A DNA stretch of 64,000 nt from Mayamaea pseudoterrestris (lineage: Eukaryota), in the NCBI GenBank assembly GCA_027923505.1, contig BROI01000038.1, forward strand, positions 62,001 through 126,000. Reading direction: 5' to 3'. Position numbers and translations under genes: made by a program. The notes under the pieces were generated by a model. The model saw only the letters and a list, made by a program, of their open reading frames with translations, was not told the DNA's origin and ran no database searches. Positions 22,517 through 32,912 of the stretch are shown piece by piece (the stretch's first letter is position 1; the number at the start of each line of letters is the position of its first letter).

Positions 22517-23206
22517 TTACAGGCGGACAGAGCTTGGCTTGACCATGACGGTGCGCTTGTTAGCGAGCTGGACATGATAGCGATCGAGGCTGGGCTGCGA
22601 GGTGCCATTGCCAGTGAATGTCGTGCCAGTGATTGTTCCGTAGACCCCGTTCAACTCTGGCGACAAAATGAGGCTTGTCAGCTTGACAACTGTACCAGGC
22701 GGAAAGATTACATTCTCTGGCTTGATGTTGATGGTGGTCGTGTTGTCCGATAGAACGACCGAGCAGCAAAGTGCGTTTTGATCAAAGCCAATGACGGTCA
22801 CCATGCTCCCGTTGAATGGACAAGACGGTAGATTATAAATAGTAGCAAAGATATGCTGCTGAATATTCTCCAAATTGACGCAAATTTGAACCAAGTTTGA
22901 GAGAAGGACGATGTAGCGACAAGCGACAAGGTCGTAACCAATGACGGTTCCAACCATATGATTGAGCGCGGGTTCATTCACCATTCCAATGACGTGGACA
23001 TGCGTCCCATTCTTATTGACGCCGAATGTCAGATCCGTCCCGACAAAAGCCGTGGTACCATTAACTCGCTCTCCCAAGACACTAGGGACGCCTCCCTTTG
23101 GTTTGCTTGGAATGACAAAGTTGTTGGTGCGAGGGTCAAAAATGCGTCCTTGAAACATTCCATGCTCACGCTCGTCCGATGCGTTTTCGAACTGAATCGT
23201 AACCAT
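22517..23206 (-). CDS. Hypothetical protein with three tandem ~50-aa SH3/KOW-like beta repeats
   Basis: Repeats of the pattern V-x-G/L...P-x-LNG..G.V/I..YD...RY.V.L....KP.N. ATG 23206 chosen as start; the ORF is open further upstream. Confidence 0.65.
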   Translation of the reverse strand: MVTIQFENASDEREHGMFQGRIFDPRTNNFVIPSKPKGGVPSVLGERVNGTTAFVGTDLTFGVNKNGTHVHVIGMVNEPALNHMVGTVIGYDLVACRYIVLLSNLVQICVNLENIQQHIFATIYNLPSCPFNGSMVTVIGFDQNALCCSVVLSDNTTTINIKPENVIFPPGTVVKLTSLILSPELNGVYGTITGTTFTGNGTSQPSLDRYHVQLANKRTVMVKPSSVRL

Positions 23207-25102
23207 CTTGCTAGCCAATCTGTGATTGTGAATAACGAGAGAGCGAGGGCACCGGCACCGGTAGAAGATGCAATGCAGTGTGTGTGATGAATGGAAAATG
23301 GCTGCAGCGTACATCGGCCGCGGCATTCTCGGACGCAAACGGTCGCAGTGGGTACCGATGTGATAGAGATGTGAAATGCATGGAGACGCACCGGTACACA
23401 AGCGCCAACCTCGGCGTCGCCTCTCGACGCGACCGCACCACATCACATTCGATTTCTTCTGCACCATGAGATTACATTTGGCTGCAAGTCGCGACAATCA
23501 CTTGCCATGAGCTCATCGAGAGTGGTTCGCCGATGGCTTGACATCACACCTTGATTATCGTGGAGCTACTGGAGGTTGCTCGTTGAAGCCGTCGCAACAA
23601 CCGACAACCGATATTGGCTGATTGGCTGATGTTTGTCGTTCCATTTCCATCAAACCTGCAACACATTGAGCGCGATACACTGTGAAACAAGACCAAATTG
23701 GCGGTTAGTGCTTTTATCGACATGTTTCTTGTCGGATCGTCACGACACTTGGACTTGGTTGAGCAGATAAGCAACGACAACACGTTGTGGTTGCAAACTG
23801 CAAACGAGCCGCAACGAGTCTACTCGATCGACTGGGGGTTTTGCTCTGCTATTACAACATGACGTCTAAAGGTGATGACGGACTGAGTCCATGCTTTGCT
23901 CGCAGCTTGCAGGCACTACGTGCTCATGTGGTCAAGAAAAATTATTCACAGGAAAGCGCGACATGCGAGCTTCATTTGCATTGCCGACAATGAACCAAGG
24001 ACTTTGCACATTGCGCCCATTGGGCCCTTACACTTATGCTGAAGCGATAATGATGCGCCGGAAAGTTCAACGCGAACGCTTAAGCTATCTTTTGGGAGCA
24101 TAAGTTTAAGCGCTGTCTCCTGGAGGCAGGTTTGTGACCTTGCCCATTCCGTATCCCGTTCCTTCTGCCCATGCTATTGAAAACCCTTCGAGCCATTTTT
24201 TGCCTTTTTTGCACCTTTATGATAGCAGACGCTTGTGCAAAATGAGGTGTCTTTGTTTAAATTGGGCTGGATCGGTCCGCCACATTGTGACATGCTGCAG
24301 CTAGTTGTCACAACTAGCAACACTGGAATCATTGGCGGATGGAGTATGGAATGATTTGTCGCCAGGTCCATTCTGGAAAGCTTTTTTCATTTTGTGACAC
24401 GAGCCATGCCAGCTTTTAATGTGCACCAACAACGAACCGTCGCTAAATCTGCGCTCACAAGTCAACTGTTAGGCCATTTGCTCGACAAGCAGAAGCGAGC
24501 TTGGAGAAGTTCTTTCACATGTAATGCGCCGACGGCAAAAATCTTTCCAAGTCGGCGATGAGAATCCGTGGCGTCGAGATCACAATGATCAACGATTCGG
24601 CTGCGTCGAGAGCCAGCGCGGACGATGGCGTGACGAATGCACCTTTTATCGTGGCATATAGTTGAATTGACGCGACGCGACGCTGAAAACGAGGCACGGC
24701 AGTTTGGTTATACGCTCAATGGCAACGAAATAGTTATAGCAGCAGACATGGATGTAATTGTAATGCCGAAAGAAAGACGCAAGTTTGTCTCCGAATAGTC
24801 CGCTGTTTGATGTATCGTACATCGTACCCACACCGAGTCTCAATGGAACCGACAAGACAATACAGCTATACGATAAGAGTACAGCATAGTGATATAGGCA
24901 GATCTTTTATTGATATCATTTTATATGCATCGATGAAGAGATGCGCAGTATATCAAATTAAGTACTGCATAAAATGAATCAAGGACAAGCGACCGACCAA
25001 GAGAGACAATCTCCTGCGTAGTGGCAATCTGTATGCTTGTAGTTGTAGGCCAGCGAGAACTGCAGGTATGCTCAATCGCCGCCATTGGTCTTTACAATGG
25101 CT

Positions 25103-25801
25103 CTAGCCGCCAAAGAATCCAGAACTTGGCGGAACCGGCTGGCTTTGCTGGTGGAGGGACGCCGTGAGAATTTGCAGCAGACCAATGACAGTATCCATCT
25201 TCCCTTCCAATCGAGCGACGGCCTTGTCGGTGTCAGTCTTAGACGCAGGCTTGATAGACGAGCCGTTATCTCCAAAAGAAGGTGCCTGATAGTTCAAGTG
25301 AGTCTCATTTGGCTGTCCAAAGGCAAATGATGATGAACTGTTCGCAGGAGCCGGCGTGGATCCGAATCCATACGTCGTTCGAGTAGCAGGCGTCGAAGCG
25401 CCGAAAGCGAACGAAGATGCCAAATTTTGTCCACACCCAGTAAAGGTAGCTGGCGCAGGCGTCGATCCAAAAAGGCTCGTGGAGCTTGTAGCGGTGGGTG
25501 CGGATCCAAAGGAAAAAGAACCAACATACGGCGACGAGGAGCTTCCACCATGAGTCGACATTCCAAATCCAGACGGCGATCCAAAAGTATGTTCAGCAGG
25601 AGCGGCGATGCTGGGCTTCAAAGAAGAGCATTTCTTGCACGCCGACAAAAACGAAATGTTCCATGTTGGGCCACCGCTCGTCGGGCAGCTAACACATTTC
25701 CAAGAGCGACACAACTGACACTCGCTTTCGTCGGCTTGATTCAAAAATTTACACTCAGTACATTTCCAAGTGACTAGGGCGAAGTCCGAAAGAGATGACA
25801 T
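25103..25801 (-). CDS. Small protein with RanBP2-type zinc fingers and FG-like repeats
   Basis: WKCTECKFLNQADESECQLC and WKCVSC...N...ACKKC, followed by FSFG/FAFG/FGSTPAP repeats and a short amphipathic C-terminal helix. Confidence 0.65.
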   Translation of the reverse strand: MSSLSDFALVTWKCTECKFLNQADESECQLCRSWKCVSCPTSGGPTWNISFLSACKKCSSLKPSIAAPAEHTFGSPSGFGMSTHGGSSSSPYVGSFSFGSAPTATSSTSLFGSTPAPATFTGCGQNLASSFAFGASTPATRTTYGFGSTPAPANSSSSFAFGQPNETHLNYQAPSFGDNGSSIKPASKTDTDKAVARLEGKMDTVIGLLQILTASLHQQSQPVPPSSGFFGG

Positions 25802-25947
25802 TATGCAAGAGATGATAATGGATACCAATAGAATGCAATAGGCAAGATGAGGGATAAAGAAGCGATGCTTCGCTGCGGCAGCTTGTAAGTGTCATCAATG
25901 CGGTCGGCAGTTTTCAAGGAGTCCGTAACGTGTCCGTCATTGAAATA

Positions 25948-26136
25948 AAGGCTTATTCGGAGATGACGCAGTTTTCACTGGCACTCGTTTCATATTATTG
26001 CCTAATGACGTAGTTTTCACTGGCACTCGTTTTATACTATTGCCTTGTGACGTAGTTATCACTGGCACTCGTTTCACACTATTGCCTATGACGTAGTTAT
26101 CACTGGCACTCGTTTCACACTATTGCCTATGACGTA
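25948..26136 (+). repeat. Tandem array, 4 x 41-42 bp (TGACGTAGTTTTCACTGGCACTCGTTTCATATTATTGCCTTG-like)
   Basis: Units start at 25964, 26006, 26048 and 26089, with a partial unit at 26130. Preceded by AAAGGCTTATT. Confidence 0.95.
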
Positions 26137-26716
26137 TCTACTATTGTTTTCATTAATGAATTGAAATGTTTTCATGCTCTTGCGCGTAATTCTGCAACCA
26201 GCGACCATGAATGAAACGCCAGTTCCTCTCCACATATCCACCATGAGCTGTCTGGGCCGTGAAAGGAAGCATCAAGAGCAATTTCTAAATTGCTAACGAA
26301 ATGAAGGCGTTGGAAAGATCGGTACGGAGAGCTGTGTACAAGCTGAGCCGATGGTTGTCTACCTACCGGTAGTGGAAGTTTAGATGTTGACTGGCTTTCT
26401 CTCATGTCAATGTGAAAGCACTACAAGCTGCAACTCTTGAAACAACCCTACCAATGGCTAGCGTCCTTGCGGTTTGAGATTTGTTGCTCTTGCGACTGTC
26501 CGTCCTAAATGACTTGTCGTCTTGACACTCGCGCTGCATCGCGCATCGCCAATCATGGAGTGCGCCTTGCTTCAGATTTTTTTCCAAGTTCAACTGATCG
26601 CGCATCAGTTGGACTCATCAATGACTGGAACGCCCGCTCCATGATCGTCAATGTGCAAACACAATATTTTAAACTACAGAACCATTGACCAATTCTAAAA
26701 CAAGCGACAAGCGACC

Positions 26717-27596
26717 ATGATGATGAAGTCCTACCTACTTGCTTTGACGCTACTGTTCGCACCATTTACTCAAAGCTTTGCTCAATCCACAAATGAGGAA
26801 GCTAGCGGTACGGGCAATCTTCGAGGAATTATTGACAACAATGAGATGGAAGTACAGCACCGACAACTCTCGTGGGGTTCAGGGTTTGATTTTTCGAATA
26901 TGCTTTGTAAGTTATGACCTCGAAATGGCCCATACGCTCGCACCAATAATTGCATTACAGTATACTCACGCAACCATTTCTTACTTCTACGCATTAGTCC
27001 ACTTGGGAGTTTGTACTGAACATTCTTGCGAATACTGCGCCCAACACAAGCAGGCTGGTCCACTTCCTCACTGCGGCTGCCCACGATGCGACTTGCCACA
27101 TGCCCACAAGCTGCCCCAGTGCTCGTGCTCAAGCAGCGGCTCCAGTGGTAGCAGCACCTCCAGCAGCACGGAGAGCGCCACGGAATTTGATGAAGCTGCC
27201 CAAGAAGAGGAAGAAGAAGAGGTTGAGGAGGTGGACGAGAGCGCGGCCAGTGGTGCCGAGGAAAGCAACAGCAACCTGGCGGATTCGCAGACGGCAACAA
27301 GAAGCTTCTCAATGGTTGTTTACTTTGCCGGCGCCGCAGCCTGCGCAGCACTTCTCGCAGCTGTTGTCATGCGGAAGCGACAGACGTCCCGAGAGATTGA
27401 TCTGGATAGTGACGGACTTTCGCCGGACAGTGCCAGCGCGGTTCATGCATCGCTCTCGAATAGATTCTCCGCGCTCATGGCAGGCCTAGGCGTCGGTGTA
27501 CCAGCGGTCGTCATGACTCGCGACTATGCCGGCATGGATGATGTCGCACCTTACCAACCGACTCCAGTGCGAGGTGCCGAGGGATATGCTATCTAA
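26717..27596 (+). CDS. Type I membrane protein with signal peptide, NLRG/RXL propeptide, Cys/His-rich, Ser-rich and acidic segments; intron 26907-26997
   Basis: A GTAAGT...TAG intron joins two ORFs. Contains NLRG, HRQL and TM MVVYFAGAAACAALLAAVVM followed by RKR. Confidence 0.8.
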
Positions 27597-27959
27597 CTCT
27601 CGCCAACAAATCGTTGTGCGTTCCCATTCGTTAGCGCAACATCATTCCATTGCCGCGTGGCCTGTAATTTACTTATAAACCTATTTGATGTATCCAAATA
27701 CTGACTCAGACTACTGTTGAACATGTACCGGTAGCTATTTGTAAAGTATATTTAGATGGGCCGCCATAAAAGAAAGGAGATGTCTGACGGGTCGCATCGT
27801 CCCAGGAGCCACAAACACATCCAATCGAGCCATCTGCCAATGGGATCCGCTTGCCGTATAGAATGTAACAAACGCTTACTACATCATAGAATGCTAATCG
27901 TTTTTTATGTTTAATAAGATAAGTCATACCATCATCCATTGTGACATGTCGCGTCAGAC

Positions 27960-29081
27960 CTATTTACTTTCTTGGTAAAGGTCCGCCTCAATAACGACGC
28001 TCACAGGAGAGAGATTAAGAGGTATAGAGTCATGTTCCGCTGCAAAACAATGGTCGCCGTCATCATTCTTGTCGCATGTCATGGCACCAATTGTTGTATT
28101 GCTCTGATTTGATCGAATCGCTGCAGCAACGTCGTAGTGGGCCTGTGGCGAGCTAGAGTACAATCGCCAGAGAGCCTCCTGCACGACAGCCAATCTACTC
28201 ACATCCAGGGCAGCAAGTGTCGAACATAGGCTTGACTGAACATTCTCCAAAAACTCGATGCCTTGGGCATTCGCTTGAGTTGATCCATCGATGCCCTCTA
28301 TCGCATTCAGTATGCACGATACCGCAATCAAATGTCGGCGCTCTGTCACAAGTGAATATTCGTACACGGATAGTTCCGCAAAGAAAGAAGCCCGCTGGTA
28401 GATTGACTTCACTGTCGTGGCTGAATCGTACGGAAGCAACGCGGCGAAACGAGCAATAAACGCTTGCACTGTTGGCGGATGCAATGTCCAGTCACACGTC
28501 TTGAGAATGATTCGTTCCATGTCGACAATGTGCTGCAGATCGAACTCGCCTCGACTCAAATCAGCCAAGTTTTCCATCGAAATGATTTTGGGATTGACTA
28601 ACTTGGCCGCCATGTGCAAAGCCGTCATGGACGCAAGCTTAAAGGCGGTGCGATCACAGCAGCATTTGTCAATGAACCGATCTAGCATTGAGAAAGCCAC
28701 GGCGACGGTTTCCCGACTTGCATCAAAGTGGTCGCATACGCGATAAGCCCATTCGCACATTTTAAAGCGACAAGAAGCGTCAACATCGTCCTCTGTTTCC
28801 TCATCTTCGTCGAGATGGGAGCAACGCGATGACGCACAAGAGGAAGGACTCTTACGAGACGCTCGTCTTGCGAAATAGTCGCGGCAATGGTAGCGCTTCT
28901 GGTCCGTCTCGGCCATGCAAAGAAACACGTCCAATGCTTCCGCAAATGACTCCTCGTTGGCAATATGCGATGTCGAGACTGCTTTGAGGCGAAGAGTCAG
29001 CTCTGGCGGTGGCATCTTGGGTAAATTGTAATGGTAGTCTCTTGGCCTGCAATATTTACTCTTGGCGCAATTAATGGTCAT
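27960..29081 (-). CDS. Cyclin, diatom-specific (dsCYC-like)
   Basis: Cyclin box RFKMCEWAYRVCDHF..SRETVAVAFSMLDRF, FKLASMTALHMAAKL, LSRGEF and MERIIL. Start could be 29015. Confidence 0.9.
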   Translation of the reverse strand: MTINCAKSKYCRPRDYHYNLPKMPPPELTLRLKAVSTSHIANEESFAEALDVFLCMAETDQKRYHCRDYFARRASRKSPSSCASSRCSHLDEDEETEDDVDASCRFKMCEWAYRVCDHFDASRETVAVAFSMLDRFIDKCCCDRTAFKLASMTALHMAAKLVNPKIISMENLADLSRGEFDLQHIVDMERIILKTCDWTLHPPTVQAFIARFAALLPYDSATTVKSIYQRASFFAELSVYEYSLVTERRHLIAVSCILNAIEGIDGSTQANAQGIEFLENVQSSLCSTLAALDVSRLAVVQEALWRLYSSSPQAHYDVAAAIRSNQSNTTIGAMTCDKNDDGDHCFAAEHDSIPLNLSPVSVVIEADLYQESK

Positions 29082-29846
29082 CGTGGGATGGGTTCGCAGC
29101 GAGTGTTTATTTCAATTGTACGAAATGCTTGTCTTCGATGGAGCGAAAGATGAGCTTTGAGGCGGATCTGTCGTGTGTGATTTCGTGAAGAATGACGAAA
29201 CGGAACGATGTGTGACTGTGAGCGAGCGAGCCTGTCAAGTTACATAAGGGACCCACATGGACGGGACGGATGCAACTGGCCAATCATACTGTGCCATCGC
29301 CCGACGTTATTGTTGGCGTACATACGGGAATGGCATTCTTTTCACGAAAAGTCTTCGCGCCGTTGGCACGCGTCGGCGACAACTCAAATTTTCCTTCCCT
29401 TCAATACTGTATCAGCAATATTTAATATCCGCGTGGTTGTACGTTCGGCACTGATCTTGTTGCCTGCTAGTTTATGGCACTCGTTCGATTGATCATAAGT
29501 GCTGTCAGATGACGTGAGTGTGCCGCTGCCTAGTTGGATCGAGACAATGCTCCTGGCAACATGACAGGACCGCTGGAGGCGCAGGAAATGCCCAAGCGTG
29601 CACAAATGCTCTTGACTGGTGCCAAGCTAGATCAATGGGATCTAACCTCGGTCCATCAATGCAATGCAGTTAAGATTGCTATACGAACATCAGCCGTACG
29701 TAGGAGGTGCGACAGAATTATGACGTCATTGAGTACCGTTCCTCTTTTTTGTTCGCCATCATCATGGCGCATGTGCGTGCGCTCATTCATTTTCCATCAC
29801 AATACATGTACCGTACTCGTAAGCTCATGCACTTGATCAACCTGTA

Positions 29847-30836
29847 ATGAAGACACTGGCTTATCTCTTCTTCAATGATTTCCAAAACTCAAGGAGCAGT
29901 GTATCTATGGAGCGATCATTGCTGTATTGCACGATTGTTTCTGCAGGTTTCGTCGGATCGTTATATGCTTTGGTGCCTCGTCGGATTCAGTCGTTAAACC
30001 GTGATGATGAGCAGCAGATAAAATGGAGAGCATTTGCTACATGCATGGCGAGTCTTGGATCATTGGCATTATATCCAGTCATGATTGCTTCTGACAAACA
30101 TCAAGTTGTAGCAGCAGCATCATCCATCGACTTGACGGCATGGATGCAATCTACAATGACAGCTTGCACTCAAGTCTTGGCGCATCTCACCCTTTTATAT
30201 ATTGGGCCATTAATCAAGAGTGTTTTGGACGTGCATGCTTCTGTACAGAATCGAGATGGTACTGAAAATATAAGTCATCGTCATCGACCCTATTCGTTTT
30301 GGAAAGTCTACTACCAATCATACATTCAACCAACCATTGATTCGTTAACTCGACCATTTACTGCCTCGGAGCGATGGATGACATTGCGGTGGCTAGTGAT
30401 AGCTCCGATGTGCGAGGAGCTCGTCTTTCGAAGGTGCATTGTATCGGCCTTGGTTGCCGCGAATCTACCAGCCGGCAAAGTCATTTTCGCGTCGCCACTT
30501 TTCTTTGGGACGGCGCATGTTCACCGCGCAACAACCAAAGTAAACCAAGGCGAGCCAATTAACAGAGTAATTATGCAAACGGCGGCTCAAATTGCATATA
30601 CCTCGCTTTTCGGCATGTACGCTTCCTACGCATACTTGCAAACCAACAGTGTACTTGCCGTCACACTTGGACATTCGTTTTGCAACGCCATGGGATTGCC
30701 CAGCGTTGTCAGCTTTTGTGAACAAGGCTCGTTGCTATATAAACGGCGGTACGAACTGGGGGGAGCTCATGCTGTCGGGCTAGCCGGGTTCTTGGTCGGA
30801 ATGAAGATATTCCTGCCGGGTCAACGACAATCATGA
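29847..30836 (+). CDS. RCE1: CAAX prenyl protease 2
   Basis: APMCEELVFR, PLFFGTAHVH, YTSLFG and HSFCNAMGLP, with multiple TMs. Confidence 0.92.
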   Translation: MKTLAYLFFNDFQNSRSSVSMERSLLYCTIVSAGFVGSLYALVPRRIQSLNRDDEQQIKWRAFATCMASLGSLALYPVMIASDKHQVVAAASSIDLTAWMQSTMTACTQVLAHLTLLYIGPLIKSVLDVHASVQNRDGTENISHRHRPYSFWKVYYQSYIQPTIDSLTRPFTASERWMTLRWLVIAPMCEELVFRRCIVSALVAANLPAGKVIFASPLFFGTAHVHRATTKVNQGEPINRVIMQTAAQIAYTSLFGMYASYAYLQTNSVLAVTLGHSFCNAMGLPSVVSFCEQGSLLYKRRYELGGAHAVGLAGFLVGMKIFLPGQRQS

Positions 30837-30923
30837 CGATAGTGTTTGACTTTTATTTACAACTGAGCTAGCTAAACAAAATAGTATACAGGCAACACTG
30901 ATTTATTTAATTTGCATGAGTAA

Positions 30924-32499
30924 CTATATGCAAAAGGAGAAGATGGTAACGAAGCTTGATAAAACTGCGGCCACCAACGCCCCGTCTCTCCGTCGCGATG
31001 CCACTCCCGATGTTTGCGACGATTCATCACTAGGCGCACGCGTCGGAGACGATACATCATTTGGTGCTGGGGTCGCTACTGGCTGTGGGGTTGGCACCGG
31101 ATCGGGTATCAGGTCGGCATCAATATCGGCCAAACACGTATCGGCATCGTAATCGGTGCATGTTACTTGCGACGCATCCTCGGGCTGCGTCCTCGAATAG
31201 GCCAAAAAGGTGCACTGCAGCTCATCGTCCGCGTCGCCGTAAACACCATCGACATTGAAGATACCCTTGTCCCATATATGGACTGGTCCAAATCCAATAA
31301 AGTTGTTTTGGATGAAGCATGTATTCCGAATGGCAACCTCTGATCCCCACGATTCAATGGCGTACCCTTGTTGCTATTTCGATGAAGAAAAGGTAGCACG
31401 TTAGATGGTATATTGTTGAATTCGCGGGTCAAAATTTTGCGAATCGATATCATCTAATCATCGTATCGACTTACAAAGGTCTCTCGATTTCCAAATTGGT
31501 TTTCCGCAAAAAGACAATTGTCAAAGGAAAGAAAGTTGCCACTTGCTCGCGCCGTAACGACTCCATATGTCGTGGCACCTTGCGTTGCTCCCTGTGTGTT
31601 GTTGCGAAAGACTGTTCCATTGAAATACACTTGACACACGTCCTGCTGCAAGTTTCGATGCCGCATATTGACGTCATGGCTGGCAGAAATCTTTGATCGA
31701 GCATTATACTTTCGTTCCTCCATTGCATCCGCCATGGCATCCTCCAAAAATGCTTCACTCACAGCATAACCAAGTCGGCGCTCGATGGATTCAAGTTCAA
31801 GACTTTGTGTGGCTTTCGTCAGTCGACGACGACGCCTGCTCGGCTGATACAAGGCAATGATGGTTCCAGAGTTTTGACTATCCTGTGAGTTAATGAGAAT
31901 TGCAAGAATGGCGTAAGCAAATGCAATCAGCAATTCCCAAAGCAATCATTCGTTTCACAAAAAGGTAAACTGCCAGCATAAGCAGCGTTTATTTTTGTCT
32001 ACCGTACCTCAAAGATGCAATCGAGAAATGTAACGTCGCCAGGGAGCGCGGGCGCCGACGCTAGCAGACCCGCCCTCGTAAAGGTCAAGCCTTGAACAAT
32101 AAAGTTGCTGACTTCAGATTCGGAAAAGGACAGTGCAGTGATGAGCAATTGCAGGCTTCCTCCAAAAATGACGCAGTTATTGGCACTCGATCCGTCTTCT
32201 CCGCACTGATACTTGGTGTTGGTTCTTGCGGCTAGCGGTAACTCTCCATCCTCGCAGCAGTCGCCATTACTATCCGTATATCCAATGTCGAAGACTGTAT
32301 TTGGACAAAAGATGTAAGTGTTGGAGGAAAAGGGCGGTGCGTCGGTGAGATGGTTGAATATTTCCGTCGTATTATCCCAGCATGAAGCGCCATTGGGCGG
32401 CGTTGCAATGGAAGTGTCGTTGGTACTTTGCGATGCAACTTGCTGCGCTAAATATCCTATACCAAGCAGTATGTTACAAAAGGAAGGATGTTTCATCAT
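30924..32499 (-). CDS. Secreted, probably GPI-anchored cell-surface protein; exons 32499-32008, 31882-31475, 31373-30924
   Basis: Signal peptide, Cys-containing region (FCPNTVFDIG, YQCGEDGSSANNC), internal RXL motifs, Pro/Thr linker and hydrophobic C-terminus. Two phase-0 GT-AG introns join three frames. Confidence 0.8.
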
Positions 32500-32912
32500 T
32501 CGCTGGTGCTGTCTTGCCTCGTCGAATGATGCCTTGCGGAAGAGCGATTGTATTCTTGCCAAATGTGTGAGAGGCGCCTTCGCAGGTTCATCCGATGATG
32601 CGACCACCCTTCGCACAGCCATCTGGGCTTAATGACCCACGCCTTAAGTAACCGAAGGTCACGATTGTAAGGCAATAGTATTTTGTTGCTTGTGTTTTTG
32701 GGGGCTATACAACAGAATGACCATGACGCATCAAAGACATCACGACTCAGGGTCACGGTACGACAGGTTTAAGCGCGCCACCATGGAGGCGTTCCGTTTC
32801 CACGGTTTCACCATGCGAAGGTTCTTCCATCGACAACCACGATCTTTCTCGCCCAGCTTACACGGACGGACAGTAGTCTTTTGCTACTAGAAACAATGAA
32901 TGTTCATACCTG

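Noticed and set aside
23500..25070. Degenerate pseudogene or TE remnant
   Set aside because: Only short stop-interrupted frames with no motif I can recognise; a translated search would be needed.
25948..26136. CRISPR array
   Set aside because: Units are contiguous near-identical tandem repeats with no unique spacers.
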